Origin: a bacterium
Lineage (GTDB): Archaea > Nanobdellota > Nanobdellia > Pacearchaeales > GW2011-AR1
Direction of reading: 5' to 3'
NCBI GenBank assembly: GCA_036787775.1
Contig: DAIQOR010000001.1
Location: forward strand, 30,521-94,520
Length of the DNA: 64,000 nucleotides
A program made the translations under genes and the position numbers. Position 1 is the stretch's first letter, and each line of letters opens with the position of its first letter. Below the pieces are notes generated by a model. That model made no database searches. It was not told the DNA's origin and saw only the letters and a program-made list of their open reading frames with translations. Of the stretch, positions 47,066-56,020 are shown in pieces.

Positions 47066-47145
47066 CGCCCCCGGCAGGAGTCGAACCTGCGAGCCACAAG
47101 GGCCCGGATCTCAAGTCCGGTGCAATACCGTTATGCGACGGAGGC
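47066..47145 (-). tRNA. tRNA-Ser (anticodon UGA), class II with long variable arm, G73 discriminator, no encoded CCA
   Basis: Folded by hand: acceptor GCCUCCG/CGGGGGC, anticodon stem CCGGA/UCCGG with loop CUUGAGA, variable hairpin GCC-CUUGU-GGC, T-arm GCAGG-UUCGACU-CCUGC. Confidence 0.75.
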
Positions 47146-47167
47146 GTAATTACTAAATAAATCTAAT

Positions 47168-47177
47168 ACTTTTAAAT
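47168..47177 (-). promoter_or_regulatory. Candidate TATA box (TTTAAAAG) about 27 nt upstream of tRNA-Ser
   Basis: AT-rich box at archaeal promoter spacing; weak in AT-rich background. Confidence 0.3.
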
Positions 47178-47235
47178 CTAACTTTTTTAAAACAATCACA
47201 ACAATTCTTAAAAAACATCTCAAATAATAAACTTC

Positions 47236-47538
47236 ATGCCAGAGTTAAGATATGGAGAAACTTATAACGCAAACATAACTCGAAGAAGAGAAAGAAAAGA
47301 TGTTAGTTCAAATAGAAAAATACTTTACATAGGTTCAATACAGAAAAAGAGAATGCATTTACGCTGGGGCTATTATACTTATTTTCATCAAGGAAAACCT
47401 GTCCTAAGAAAATTTAACAGTCAAAAATATAATTTTTCCAAAGAAGAGCAATTAATTATAAAAGAATCTCGTTCGGTTTCAACAAATAGATATGAAAAAG
47501 AATATCTCGAAAATATTTTACTAAAACACGGATTTTAA
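47236..47538 (+). CDS. Hypothetical basic protein (100 aa)
   Basis: ORF only. Confidence 0.3.
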   Translation: MPELRYGETYNANITRRRERKDVSSNRKILYIGSIQKKRMHLRWGYYTYFHQGKPVLRKFNSQKYNFSKEEQLIIKESRSVSTNRYEKEYLENILLKHGF

Positions 47539-47592
47539 TCCTTTTTAAAACAACACAACAATTTTTAAAAACTTCAATTTCTTAAATTCAGC

Positions 47593-48198
47593 ATGTCAAA
47601 AAAGATACCTATAATAATAGAAGATGCTGTAAGATATTCTTTAATTGATGACCATTTTTCTTGTGAAGTTTCAAAACGTCCTTTCCAATACAGAAAAGGA
47701 GAAATAGGATTAATTGATCCCGAGATTGTAGATTTTTATTCCAATCTCAAAGAAAATCTAAGAAAGTGCAAACCATCAAGAAAATCAATTTTTAACTTAG
47801 CAGGATTTCCTTCTTCCCACCAAGTAGTTCATAGAATGGAATGGGGATTAGGTTCAATTTTTTATCATTCTTCCCCCGATAAAATTCCAATCCTCGTCTA
47901 TGAAGAATCTTTTCCAAGGGGTTTGAGAACTTTAAGTTATTTATTAATAAATTTAAGAGAAGGGGAATTCAGAGATTTAACAGATTCTGAAAAAAGAAAA
48001 AATTCAAAATTAATTCAGGCACTAAAAACGTGGGAATATCATCACGATGGAGTTCAGGATTTAGCAATGGAAAATGCTCGAGCAGAAATATCTGAAGCAG
48101 AAATTTCAGTCAGAAAAGATTTATTGGAATCTTTCAAAAGATTTGAGGAAAATAGATGGCTTTCTTTTGAGCATGGAAAAAAAATAATAGTGGATTAA
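47593..48198 (+). CDS. Hypothetical protein (201 aa)
   Basis: ORF only. Confidence 0.3.
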   Translation: MSKKIPIIIEDAVRYSLIDDHFSCEVSKRPFQYRKGEIGLIDPEIVDFYSNLKENLRKCKPSRKSIFNLAGFPSSHQVVHRMEWGLGSIFYHSSPDKIPILVYEESFPRGLRTLSYLLINLREGEFRDLTDSEKRKNSKLIQALKTWEYHHDGVQDLAMENARAEISEAEISVRKDLLESFKRFEENRWLSFEHGKKIIVD

Positions 48199-50135
48199 CG
48201 CTTTCCAAAACAATCCAAAACCCGAGTATCGGGGCTCAACAATTCAACTTTATCATCTTTACTCCTAAGTCCACGATAAACTTTTTGTAACAATTCTCTT
48301 CGTGCTTTATCTTTGTAAAAACTCCAATAATGCTGTGGCTTTGTCTTCATCAAAATTTTCCAAAACGCATCCTGCACATTCGGATTAGGATATTTCGTAA
48401 ACACAATACTATTACACTGCTCACCCGGAAAATCCATACCCCGCGACGCCCGAGTCGAAAACAAAACAGTACGATTTCCCGACTTAAATTCCTCAATAAG
48501 ATTTCCCGTTTTATCTTCCGATTGAATTTCCCTCAGTTTCTCACGACTCATTAATTTATTCAATTTAAATTCCCTAATCTCATCCTGCGTCGGCAAATCA
48601 ATAAACGCATTAACATGAACCAACGTCGGACGCTTCGCAACTTCAACGCACTCATTCAAGGTCTTCAAGTAATCTTCCCGAGTAAAATTCCCACTCGAAA
48701 AATTCGCATACTTACAATCCATCTCCGAACCAACTTTTTTAACAATTATATTTCCCTGATCCTGTGTTTCAGCTTCAATCATTTTAAATTTAGTCAATCC
48801 AAAAATATTCCTCAAGACCTCCTCTGAATGAATCGTCCCCGACATCAAAACAATAACTTTATTTTTATCAACCATATCCTTAAATCTTTTTTCAAGATTA
48901 GTTGTAACAATGCTAGCAATCAAATTATTTTCACGCTTCTCAAAAGTCACATAAGAATCCGCAAAAAATCCCTCAAAAATTCGAGCAGTTTCAATAACCT
49001 CTGCCAGATAATTCTCGTCGTCAATTTCAAATAAATTATCTTTCGCCTTCAAAATTTTTTGCAACAAATCAAAAATACTCGTAGTTTTCAAAGGGAGAAT
49101 TTCATTATTGTCCAAGGATTTCTGAATCCTTTCGTCTCTTTTTATTTGCTTCAAATATTCCTGCAATTCGTCCACAACCTCGTAAGTTTCCTTACTAACT
49201 CCCAAAACATGAATCAAAGAATTCTGTAGTCTATCAATATTCAAAGTTCGCTGATTCGAAAAACTATCCAAAAACTCGTCGCACTCGTCGATAATCTCCA
49301 CCTCCGTAAGTGGTTTTCTTCCCAACGCAGATTCAAGTTTATATTTCATAGAATTAAAAACAATTATATCCGAATCAATAAACGAATGAAATTGGTCATA
49401 AAAAGCACAACCTTTTTTTCTCTGATAAAACACAAAATTCGCCCCACCCATTCCAACATAAGTTTTTTTCTTTGTTTCCTCAAAACCTTTTCCCAAATCA
49501 AATTTCTCTGGAAGCACCGGACACCAATAAGGACAAACGCTCGCCACAGGAATTCTTTTCACGTCGCTGATTTCATCATAATTTCTCATATCCACATTTT
49601 TATTTTGCTTCAAATAACTTTTCAAACGATTCCAATTTTTCTCTCTTATTTCAATTTTACACGGAATATTTTGATTGTTCGCAGAAATGTCGTCGCCAAT
49701 CATACTCATCACCTCATCTTTTTTGTCCGCAAAAATATCACTTAAGCGAGAATTAATTTCTTTCTTAAAGACCGGCACAGCATTTTTATTATCTTCTAGG
49801 AATTTACACTTGTGATTGCCTCTCCCAGTTATGACGCTAATATTTAACTTACTTCCGTCGTCCTTCAACAAATATTTACTATCTTCACTTCCATAATCTT
49901 TTTTATATTGTTCTTGCAAATTTCTTATGGGCACCACTACAGAGGTTTTTCCCAACTTCCGCCCAATGTTCAAAGCAATCGCACTTTTTCCAGTTCCACA
50001 AACTCCGTGAATAAAAATTATTTTTTCTCCTTCTTTAATCGCGTCTAAAACTTCTTTCACAACTTCCTCCTGAGATTTCCCACTAGAAAAAACAAGCGGC
50101 TTCAAAAATTCGTTATCTTTATATAAATTCCACAT
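48195..50135 (-). CDS. XPD/Rad3-family (DinG-like) SF2 DNA helicase with putative FeS-cluster cysteines
   Basis: Walker A HGVCGTGKS; Cys cluster (HKCKF, IPCKIE, VCPYWCP); DEAH-like IIDECDEF; VLMSGTI (XPD motif III-like); C-terminal STRASRGMDFPGEQCNSIVFTKYPNP (Helicase_C_2). Confidence 0.55.
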   Translation of the reverse strand: MWNLYKDNEFLKPLVFSSGKSQEEVVKEVLDAIKEGEKIIFIHGVCGTGKSAIALNIGRKLGKTSVVVPIRNLQEQYKKDYGSEDSKYLLKDDGSKLNISVITGRGNHKCKFLEDNKNAVPVFKKEINSRLSDIFADKKDEVMSMIGDDISANNQNIPCKIEIREKNWNRLKSYLKQNKNVDMRNYDEISDVKRIPVASVCPYWCPVLPEKFDLGKGFEETKKKTYVGMGGANFVFYQRKKGCAFYDQFHSFIDSDIIVFNSMKYKLESALGRKPLTEVEIIDECDEFLDSFSNQRTLNIDRLQNSLIHVLGVSKETYEVVDELQEYLKQIKRDERIQKSLDNNEILPLKTTSIFDLLQKILKAKDNLFEIDDENYLAEVIETARIFEGFFADSYVTFEKRENNLIASIVTTNLEKRFKDMVDKNKVIVLMSGTIHSEEVLRNIFGLTKFKMIEAETQDQGNIIVKKVGSEMDCKYANFSSGNFTREDYLKTLNECVEVAKRPTLVHVNAFIDLPTQDEIREFKLNKLMSREKLREIQSEDKTGNLIEEFKSGNRTVLFSTRASRGMDFPGEQCNSIVFTKYPNPNVQDAFWKILMKTKPQHYWSFYKDKARRELLQKVYRGLRSKDDKVELLSPDTRVLDCFGKR

Positions 50136-50260
50136 CTTTTCAATTAGAACACGAACTCCAAAATTTCTTCAGTTATAAAGATTTTGTAATTAATTTTCTA
50201 AAAATTTTAAACCCCAGTTAGAACTATAGAAGCAAGAACTTGGGCACTCATCAAATCAAT

Positions 50261-50545
50261 TTAACCAAAGAGTGCACCAAGTCCTTCAGCAGCAGCAGCT
50301 TTAGGCTCTTCTTTTGGCTTTTCTTCTTTCTTAACTTCTTTAGCAACTCCAACAGGAGCAGCCACAGCCAAACTAGCGCTTTCTAATTCGCTAGCGATAT
50401 CAACGCCTTTCAAACTAGCAATAAGAGACTTAATCTTCGATTCGTCTATCTCAGCACCAGCAGCCGCAAGCACACTTTTCAAACTAGCTTCATTAATCGC
50501 TTTTTCAAGCTTATGCAACAATAGTGCAGCGTATACGTTTTCCAT
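50261..50545 (-). CDS. rpl12: Ribosomal stalk protein P1 (aP1/L12e)
   Basis: Ala-rich hinge, C-terminal EEPKAAAAEGLGALFG. Confidence 0.85.
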   Translation of the reverse strand: MENVYAALLLHKLEKAINEASLKSVLAAAGAEIDESKIKSLIASLKGVDIASELESASLAVAAPVGVAKEVKKEEKPKEEPKAAAAEGLGALFG

Positions 50546-50597
50546 TTATTTTTCCTCTCCTGATTTTATTACAAGAGTATGATTATTATTTTCCATT

Positions 50598-51488
50598 TTA
50601 TCCAAACAGACTAGCAAGACCCGCACCCGCGTCCGCTTTCGGTTCCCCCTTTACTTTTTGCTTAACTTCTTCTTTCACAACAACAGCCTCGGCAACTGGT
50701 TCAGGTTCCCCAGTCCAAATTCTGTTAACCTTTGTTCCATGAGCGTTTGCCTTACCAAGCAAGTGTTTGATTGTGTCCTTCGAAGCATAACCAACATTCA
50801 CCGCGAAAGGCAAAGCTTTCCCATAAGCCGACTTCAAATTTGCAACGGCCTCTTCAGGATTAATTTTAATATTCATATAGAATTTACCTTCTTTAGTATC
50901 AAATGAACTCAAGGGAGTAAATCCAATAGAGAAAGGTTTAATGTCCAACTTTGCCATCAAGTCCGAAGCTTTCTGGGAAATTTTCGCGCCCTCTTTAACA
51001 ATAACTTTTGATTTTGCAATATTAATTTTTCCCTTCTCGATTTTTATTTCAATTCCCAAAGCTCCCAACTCACTAATTGCAGGACCAGGAACTAAATCAG
51101 TAGGACCCTCGGAAACTTCAATATCGTAAGGAGCAATTTGCCCCGGCTTAGCCTTTGCAGGAATTTTACTTTTCAATAATTCTCCAGCCAAATCAAAACT
51201 ATCCAAGTCAGAAAATAAAATCGCACTGTCTGCTTTAATCTGATCTTTCAATTTCTCAAATTCTTTAGTTCCAGATTCATCAATCGCCCTAAAAATTAAA
51301 TTCTTTTTTGGAACTTTAACAATTGCCTTTCCTCTTAATTTTTTACCAATTTCCTGAAACTGCGACGCTGGAAGGTCTTTTATAGAAGCAATTAAAATTG
51401 TAGCTTTACTTTTTATCAAATTTTTCAAAACTTTTACTGAATTAATTTTTCTTTCTGGAATATCTTTTACAACTTTTTTAGTGTTCAT
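50598..51488 (-). CDS. rplP0: Ribosomal protein uL10 (P0)
   Basis: 296 aa, C-terminal GAGLASLFG stalk motif. Confidence 0.85.
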   Translation of the reverse strand: MNTKKVVKDIPERKINSVKVLKNLIKSKATILIASIKDLPASQFQEIGKKLRGKAIVKVPKKNLIFRAIDESGTKEFEKLKDQIKADSAILFSDLDSFDLAGELLKSKIPAKAKPGQIAPYDIEVSEGPTDLVPGPAISELGALGIEIKIEKGKINIAKSKVIVKEGAKISQKASDLMAKLDIKPFSIGFTPLSSFDTKEGKFYMNIKINPEEAVANLKSAYGKALPFAVNVGYASKDTIKHLLGKANAHGTKVNRIWTGEPEPVAEAVVVKEEVKQKVKGEPKADAGAGLASLFG

Positions 51489-52114
51489 TTTAATATAATC
51501 TTTTGAGGTTTAGTCATAGTGAATTTCAATTCAATGTTCTTGATATTCTCTTTTTCTCGAGGAAGAACTTTCACAAGATTATTATAAACAGCCAGAACAT
51601 TTTCAATAATTTCAGAATCTTTCATGCTCTGTTTTGCAATCGCAACTTTAATACTCGGCTCCTTAACTTTAATTTTAATATTAGTAGCAATCTTAGTTTT
51701 CAATTCTTCAATAGTTTTATCATCGACATTAATTATAATTCCTAATTGTGGCGACGGCATTTTTCCAGCGGGACCCAAAATCTTACCGAAAGTTGTCGCA
51801 ACCTTCGGCATCACACTTGCCTGTGCAATAAAGAAATCAAATTTCCTAACAAATTTTTTAATAACTTTTTTATCATTATATTTCTTGAACTGGTCTGGAG
51901 TAATAGTCTCAATATCTTTACGAGCAACTTCCAAAAAAGCACCGATTACTTTCTTTTTCATTTTATGCGGAACAGTAATAAAAAGATTCAAAGGAGTTTT
52001 CTTAACATTAAATTTTTGCAAATTAATCATTAAGTCAACCGTCTGGTCAAACTTTCTTTCCTTGCCTTTTCGCAATTCATTCAAAGCGTTTTGTAATTCT
52101 TCTCTTAGTTCCAT
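51485..52114 (-). CDS. rpl1: Ribosomal protein uL1
   Basis: 209 aa, ...FGKILGPAGKMPSPQLGII... Confidence 0.85.
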   Translation of the reverse strand: MELREELQNALNELRKGKERKFDQTVDLMINLQKFNVKKTPLNLFITVPHKMKKKVIGAFLEVARKDIETITPDQFKKYNDKKVIKKFVRKFDFFIAQASVMPKVATTFGKILGPAGKMPSPQLGIIINVDDKTIEELKTKIATNIKIKVKEPSIKVAIAKQSMKDSEIIENVLAVYNNLVKVLPREKENIKNIELKFTMTKPQKIILK

Positions 52115-52413
52115 TTTATTTTAATCTCCCACATAACGCGCCACGAGCATAGATTTTATCTCGCAACGATGTGGTTCTATCGATTGATTTCTCAAGATGA
52201 GTTGGGTTTATAAAAGTTTGTTTTGGGTACATGGTTAAGTTAAAGGTTGTAAAATCAAAAAATGGAAAGGAATTTAAAGAATAAAAAACAAAATACTAAT
52301 ATGAAAAAGAGGTTGGTTTGTGAGAATAAGGTTTTTTATACAAAAATTAATAAATGCCGAAATATTAATAAATCTATAATTTCGTTGTATTTATACAATG
52401 GAGGAACTTTACT

Positions 52414-52653
52414 ATGAAATTAAGTCAGATAACTTTTAACGAAGAATCAAAACCAGATATTCTTGAACTTTTTGGAAAAACTATTGATGAAGAAGGTTAT
52501 ATTGTTGAAATTGAAAATGTTGAACAAAGAGTATTAACTCCAAAAGGAGAAGAGATACATATTTCTGAATGGGCCGGAGTTATGAAAGGTTCTGAAGCAT
52601 TTGTAAAATCAGATACATTTTCTTTAATGGAAATAGCAAAGAAAATAGAGTGA
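52414..52653 (+). CDS. Hypothetical small protein (79 aa)
   Basis: GGAGGA SD-like 8 nt upstream; stop overlaps GTG of next ORF. Confidence 0.3.
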   Translation: MKLSQITFNEESKPDILELFGKTIDEEGYIVEIENVEQRVLTPKGEEIHISEWAGVMKGSEAFVKSDTFSLMEIAKKIE

Positions 52654-53468
52654 TTATTCTTGACAAATTAAGAACTTTGTTTGAAGGAAAATTTGGAGAC
52701 CTTTTCGCTAATAATACAATAAAACTTTTTGATTTTTCTAAAAATATTAGTAATATATTAGAATTAAAAGATGGGCAAAAATTAAGTTTAGATGTTAGTA
52801 AAGCAACCCCTGAAGAAAAGAAACAAATTAAAAAAGAAATAATTGATGTAATTGTTCAGAATCAAGATGAAACATTCTTTTTAGATAAATCAGAACAAAA
52901 AACTAATCAAATAAAAAGAAACTTGCCAATTAACACCGACGAAGAATTATTAAAGTTTTATAAAGATAAATTAAATCCAGAGATGTTTAAATCATTAGAA
53001 ACATCGATGGTTGTTAGAAATTCTTGGAAAAAAGGAGAAGATATATCTGAATTAAAAAGAGATATTGCTTGGAAATATCCCTCTTTTGGAAATAATCTTT
53101 GTAATTTAGTTACAAGAAATTATTTTGAGGAATATTTTAAAGAATTATATGAGAAGATGTTAGAGCAAGATGATTTTAGCATTATTAATTATCAACAAGA
53201 GGTTGAGAGAATTGTTGAATCATTGCCTTATATGGTTTTTATTAATAGACATAAATCTTACGAAGAATTTAGTGGAGAAGTTAAATTTAAGATTGATAGG
53301 TTAAAAAAATATGGAACCGAGAAACTAAAAATACACGCACTTGGGAAAGATAATGTGGATAAATCATTAAAGATAATTGAGGAATACAAAAATGACGAAA
53401 CAATAACTATTGAAAAAAGAATAAATCACTCAAAAACTATCATCACCGCTATTTTTAGATTTAGGTAA
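52650..53468 (+). CDS. Hypothetical protein (272 aa; GTG start overlapping upstream stop)
   Basis: ORF only. Confidence 0.3.
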   Translation: MIILDKLRTLFEGKFGDLFANNTIKLFDFSKNISNILELKDGQKLSLDVSKATPEEKKQIKKEIIDVIVQNQDETFFLDKSEQKTNQIKRNLPINTDEELLKFYKDKLNPEMFKSLETSMVVRNSWKKGEDISELKRDIAWKYPSFGNNLCNLVTRNYFEEYFKELYEKMLEQDDFSIINYQQEVERIVESLPYMVFINRHKSYEEFSGEVKFKIDRLKKYGTEKLKIHALGKDNVDKSLKIIEEYKNDETITIEKRINHSKTIITAIFRFR

Positions 53469-53659
53469 ATTGATTAACTCCGATAATTTATTTTGGGAAT
53501 TTAATTTATCTTCTACATAGAAATTCCCTTTGTATCTTTTATTCGATTTGCTAACTTTTCTCCTCTAAGAAATCCACACGCGATTTCTGAGCCCCCACAT
53601 TTTTCTTAGTTTTTTAGCAAAGTTTAAAATATCTTAAATCTTAATTGAGGAAGAACAAA

Positions 53660-54280
53660 ATGAATCTAAAACAATTTTATTCAAAAAATAAGGTGATAAT
53701 CCTTATTAGTGCAGGTGTTTTAGGATTTTTTGTTTTGATTTTTCTTTCAATTATTGGAAGCATTTTGATTGTTTCAAATTCTCTTAATTACGAAGACACT
53801 AGCGAGAAATTTCCTGAAGAGATTTTTAAAACTTCTCCCAGCGAGAATAAAATAACCGCGCTCCCAACTTCTTCTCTCCAAAGAATAGAGGAAATTGTTG
53901 GAGATGTTGGGAGGTATGAGGTTATAGTTTTTGATTCAAGTGGAAATTTTGCAACGGAAGATTCAATACCTTATGAGATTATTGTTAATGGGGGATTCAG
54001 CCAATTTAATAATTGTTTTCAAGCAAAAGAAGAGTTATATGAAGTCATGAAAAATTTATATTCAGACGAGATGTTGAAGGGAAAAATTTCAAGAGTTTTA
54101 TTTACAGCCCCAAATTATTTAAGAGCAAGTGCTGGCTATGAAGATGTTAAAGATTTTACTTGGGATTATGGAATTTCAAATTATTGGAAAGTTACTTTAC
54201 AATATAAAAATTATGAAGATGAGTCTGGAACTTTGTCTAAAAGAACTTGGGGAAAGCAAATAGATTCAACCTGCGATTAA
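53660..54280 (+). CDS. Hypothetical membrane-anchored protein (N-terminal TM, about 206 aa)
   Basis: VIILISAGVLGFFVLIFLSIIGSILIV anchor; first ATG 53660 (ORF track TTG 53645), GAGGAAG SD-like upstream. Confidence 0.35.
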   Translation: MNLKQFYSKNKVIILISAGVLGFFVLIFLSIIGSILIVSNSLNYEDTSEKFPEEIFKTSPSENKITALPTSSLQRIEEIVGDVGRYEVIVFDSSGNFATEDSIPYEIIVNGGFSQFNNCFQAKEELYEVMKNLYSDEMLKGKISRVLFTAPNYLRASAGYEDVKDFTWDYGISNYWKVTLQYKNYEDESGTLSKRTWGKQIDSTCD

Positions 54281-54347
54281 TTCTTTTCCAAAAACACAAG
54301 CAATTTCCCACAACAATCCTTAAAAATAATCTTTTGTTCTTTCCATC

Positions 54348-54698
54348 ATGGAATTAATTTGTTTAATCTCTTCAGACACAGAAACATGGCCACAAATCTC
54401 TGGACTCATGACGCATGGAGTGTGGGACAAAGTCGTCCTTGTCGGAGACGAATCAGGAAAACAATTTCAACACGAAAGACCTTTTCAATTCATCCAAGTT
54501 GACACAACTAAAAAAATAAAAGAACTAAGAGAAGAATTCACGCAAAAACTAAAAGGCAAATTTGAAGGGATGGAAGTAGCCTGTTCAATCGCATCAGGCA
54601 CGGGAAAAGAGCACATGGCACTAATCTCGGCAATAATAAATCTCCCAATGGGAATCCGATTCGCCGCACTAACAAAAGAAGGAATTTTAGATTTGTAA
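54348..54698 (+). CDS. Hypothetical protein (116 aa)
   Basis: ORF only. Confidence 0.3.
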   Translation: MELICLISSDTETWPQISGLMTHGVWDKVVLVGDESGKQFQHERPFQFIQVDTTKKIKELREEFTQKLKGKFEGMEVACSIASGTGKEHMALISAIINLPMGIRFAALTKEGILDL

Positions 54699-54699
54699 G

Positions 54700-55014
54700 A
54701 TGGATATAAGTGAAATAGAAAGGAAAATAAAAGAGTTTAAAGCAAAAGGTCTTGAATGGAATGTGGGTTATTCAGAATGGAGAGGTGAATGAGGGAGAAT
54801 TATTTATTATATAGAAGAGCAAGTAAAATTACCTTCTGGAGAATGGATTAGTAAATATAAGATTAGAGAATATTTTGAAAAAAATAAATTAGAATTCGGA
54901 AATACAAAACAAATAGAGTATCTTTTAGCATTAGAATTTTTCGATTTAGTCGAATTTTTTCCTTCCAATTATCCTGCAGGATTAAGTGCGGAATATGTTG
55001 ATTTACTTAGTTAA
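54700..55014 (+). pseudogene. 105-codon reading frame interrupted by a single in-frame TGA at 54790-54792 (pseudogene or recoding candidate)
   Basis: ATG at 54700, 30 codons, TGA, then 74 further sense codons with no ATG and no stop until TAA at 55012; not in ORF track. Confidence 0.4.
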
Positions 55015-55987
55015 TCTTAATCTTCAATCCCTCTTTCCTCTTTCCCAAAACATAAGCTCGACTTCTTTCGTGCGAATCTAAAATTTTCAAACCAGTCTCT
55101 TTAGCCAACTTTTTAACAAACTCCAACATCTCTTTATCTGTGGGCATTTTATCATAACCCAATCTCTCCCGAGCAAACCCAACGGACATAAATCCTTTTA
55201 TTTCAACAAAAAGTGGTTTAGCTTTTCCAATCATCTCAGAATATTCTTTAACATGCTCATCATTCATATTCAAATCTCTAACAAGATTCATCCTAAATAC
55301 CGTTCGACACTTTAAACCAGACATAATTTTCAAACTCTCATTCAACTTCGCCCACGCATCCTTAAACTCGCTTCTATGAAATTCGTTATACAATTTCTCA
55401 TTCGGAGCATTAACAGAAATATACAACTGCGTCGGCAACTGATTCTTCTTCACCAACTCTTTCAACTTCTCAGGATAAAGCCCATTAGTAACCAAAAAAG
55501 AAGTCTTCCCTCTTTTTCTCAGTTCCTCAATTAATCCTCCAATATTTTCATAAAGCGTCGGCTCACCACTCAAACTAATCGCAAACTGCATCGGCTCCTG
55601 TGCCTCCAAATATTTCTTCTGGTTCGCCCGACTCATCTGCTTTTTCTTACTTCGCGAATCAATCTTAAACCCTTTCAACAATTTTCTCTGTGCAAGAATA
55701 CAACCATCAATAATCTCCGACGGAGAATCCAACTTCCCTTTTAACTCACTTCCCAAAGTTAATTCAATCGCCCGCCAACAATGCACACATTTATTCGGAC
55801 ACCACATCACCGACGGCGTCATCTGACAGCAAAGATGCGATTTAATTCCATAAAATTTTTCTTTGTAACACACACCCTCATCCTTCAGCGACCTCTTCGT
55901 CCAACGACAAACCTGCACCGCCGAATGTTTTCCAACAATTTCATAATGTTGTTTTTTCAAAACTTTCTTAACTTTTTCAGGAATCAT
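55007..55987 (-). CDS. taw1: tRNA 4-demethylwyosine synthase Taw1 (TYW1-like radical SAM)
   Basis: CPNKCVHCWR radical-SAM cluster motif characteristic of TYW1/Taw1; second Cys cluster (CRWTK..CYKE..CCQ) upstream; 326 aa. Confidence 0.65.
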   Translation of the reverse strand: MIPEKVKKVLKKQHYEIVGKHSAVQVCRWTKRSLKDEGVCYKEKFYGIKSHLCCQMTPSVMWCPNKCVHCWRAIELTLGSELKGKLDSPSEIIDGCILAQRKLLKGFKIDSRSKKKQMSRANQKKYLEAQEPMQFAISLSGEPTLYENIGGLIEELRKRGKTSFLVTNGLYPEKLKELVKKNQLPTQLYISVNAPNEKLYNEFHRSEFKDAWAKLNESLKIMSGLKCRTVFRMNLVRDLNMNDEHVKEYSEMIGKAKPLFVEIKGFMSVGFARERLGYDKMPTDKEMLEFVKKLAKETGLKILDSHERSRAYVLGKRKEGLKIKIN

Positions 55988-56020
55988 AAAAATAAAATAA
56001 TCAAGAACTAATTTAAACCT

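Noticed and set aside
48195-50135. XPD-like helicase considered as the core of a defence system (Hachiman/DinG-type) together with the two upstream hypotheticals
   Set aside because: The neighbours are convergent on the opposite strand, and the helicase is co-directional with the L1-P0-P1 operon. The FeS-cluster XPD architecture is standard archaeal housekeeping repair
52116-52232. 38-aa minus-strand ORF immediately upstream of rpl1, considered as a possible missing L11 or L10e fragment
   Set aside because: Translation (MYPKQTFINPTH...) has no similarity to r-proteins; real uL11 found at 61566..62207
52301-52417. 38-codon ORF (MKKRLVCENKVFYTKINKCRNINKSIISLYLYNGGTLL) in the L1 leader region ending in an ATGA overlap with the 52414 gene
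   Set aside because: Only two Cys, no recognisable fold, and it would contain the SD-like GGAGGA of the downstream gene. Possibly a leader peptide, but not supportable as a feature
54790-54792. Genome-wide UGA reassignment as the explanation for the in-frame TGA
   Set aside because: TGA demonstrably terminates other genes here (ATGA overlaps at 3658-3661 and 52414-52417; many ORFs end in TGA), so only a local event is plausible
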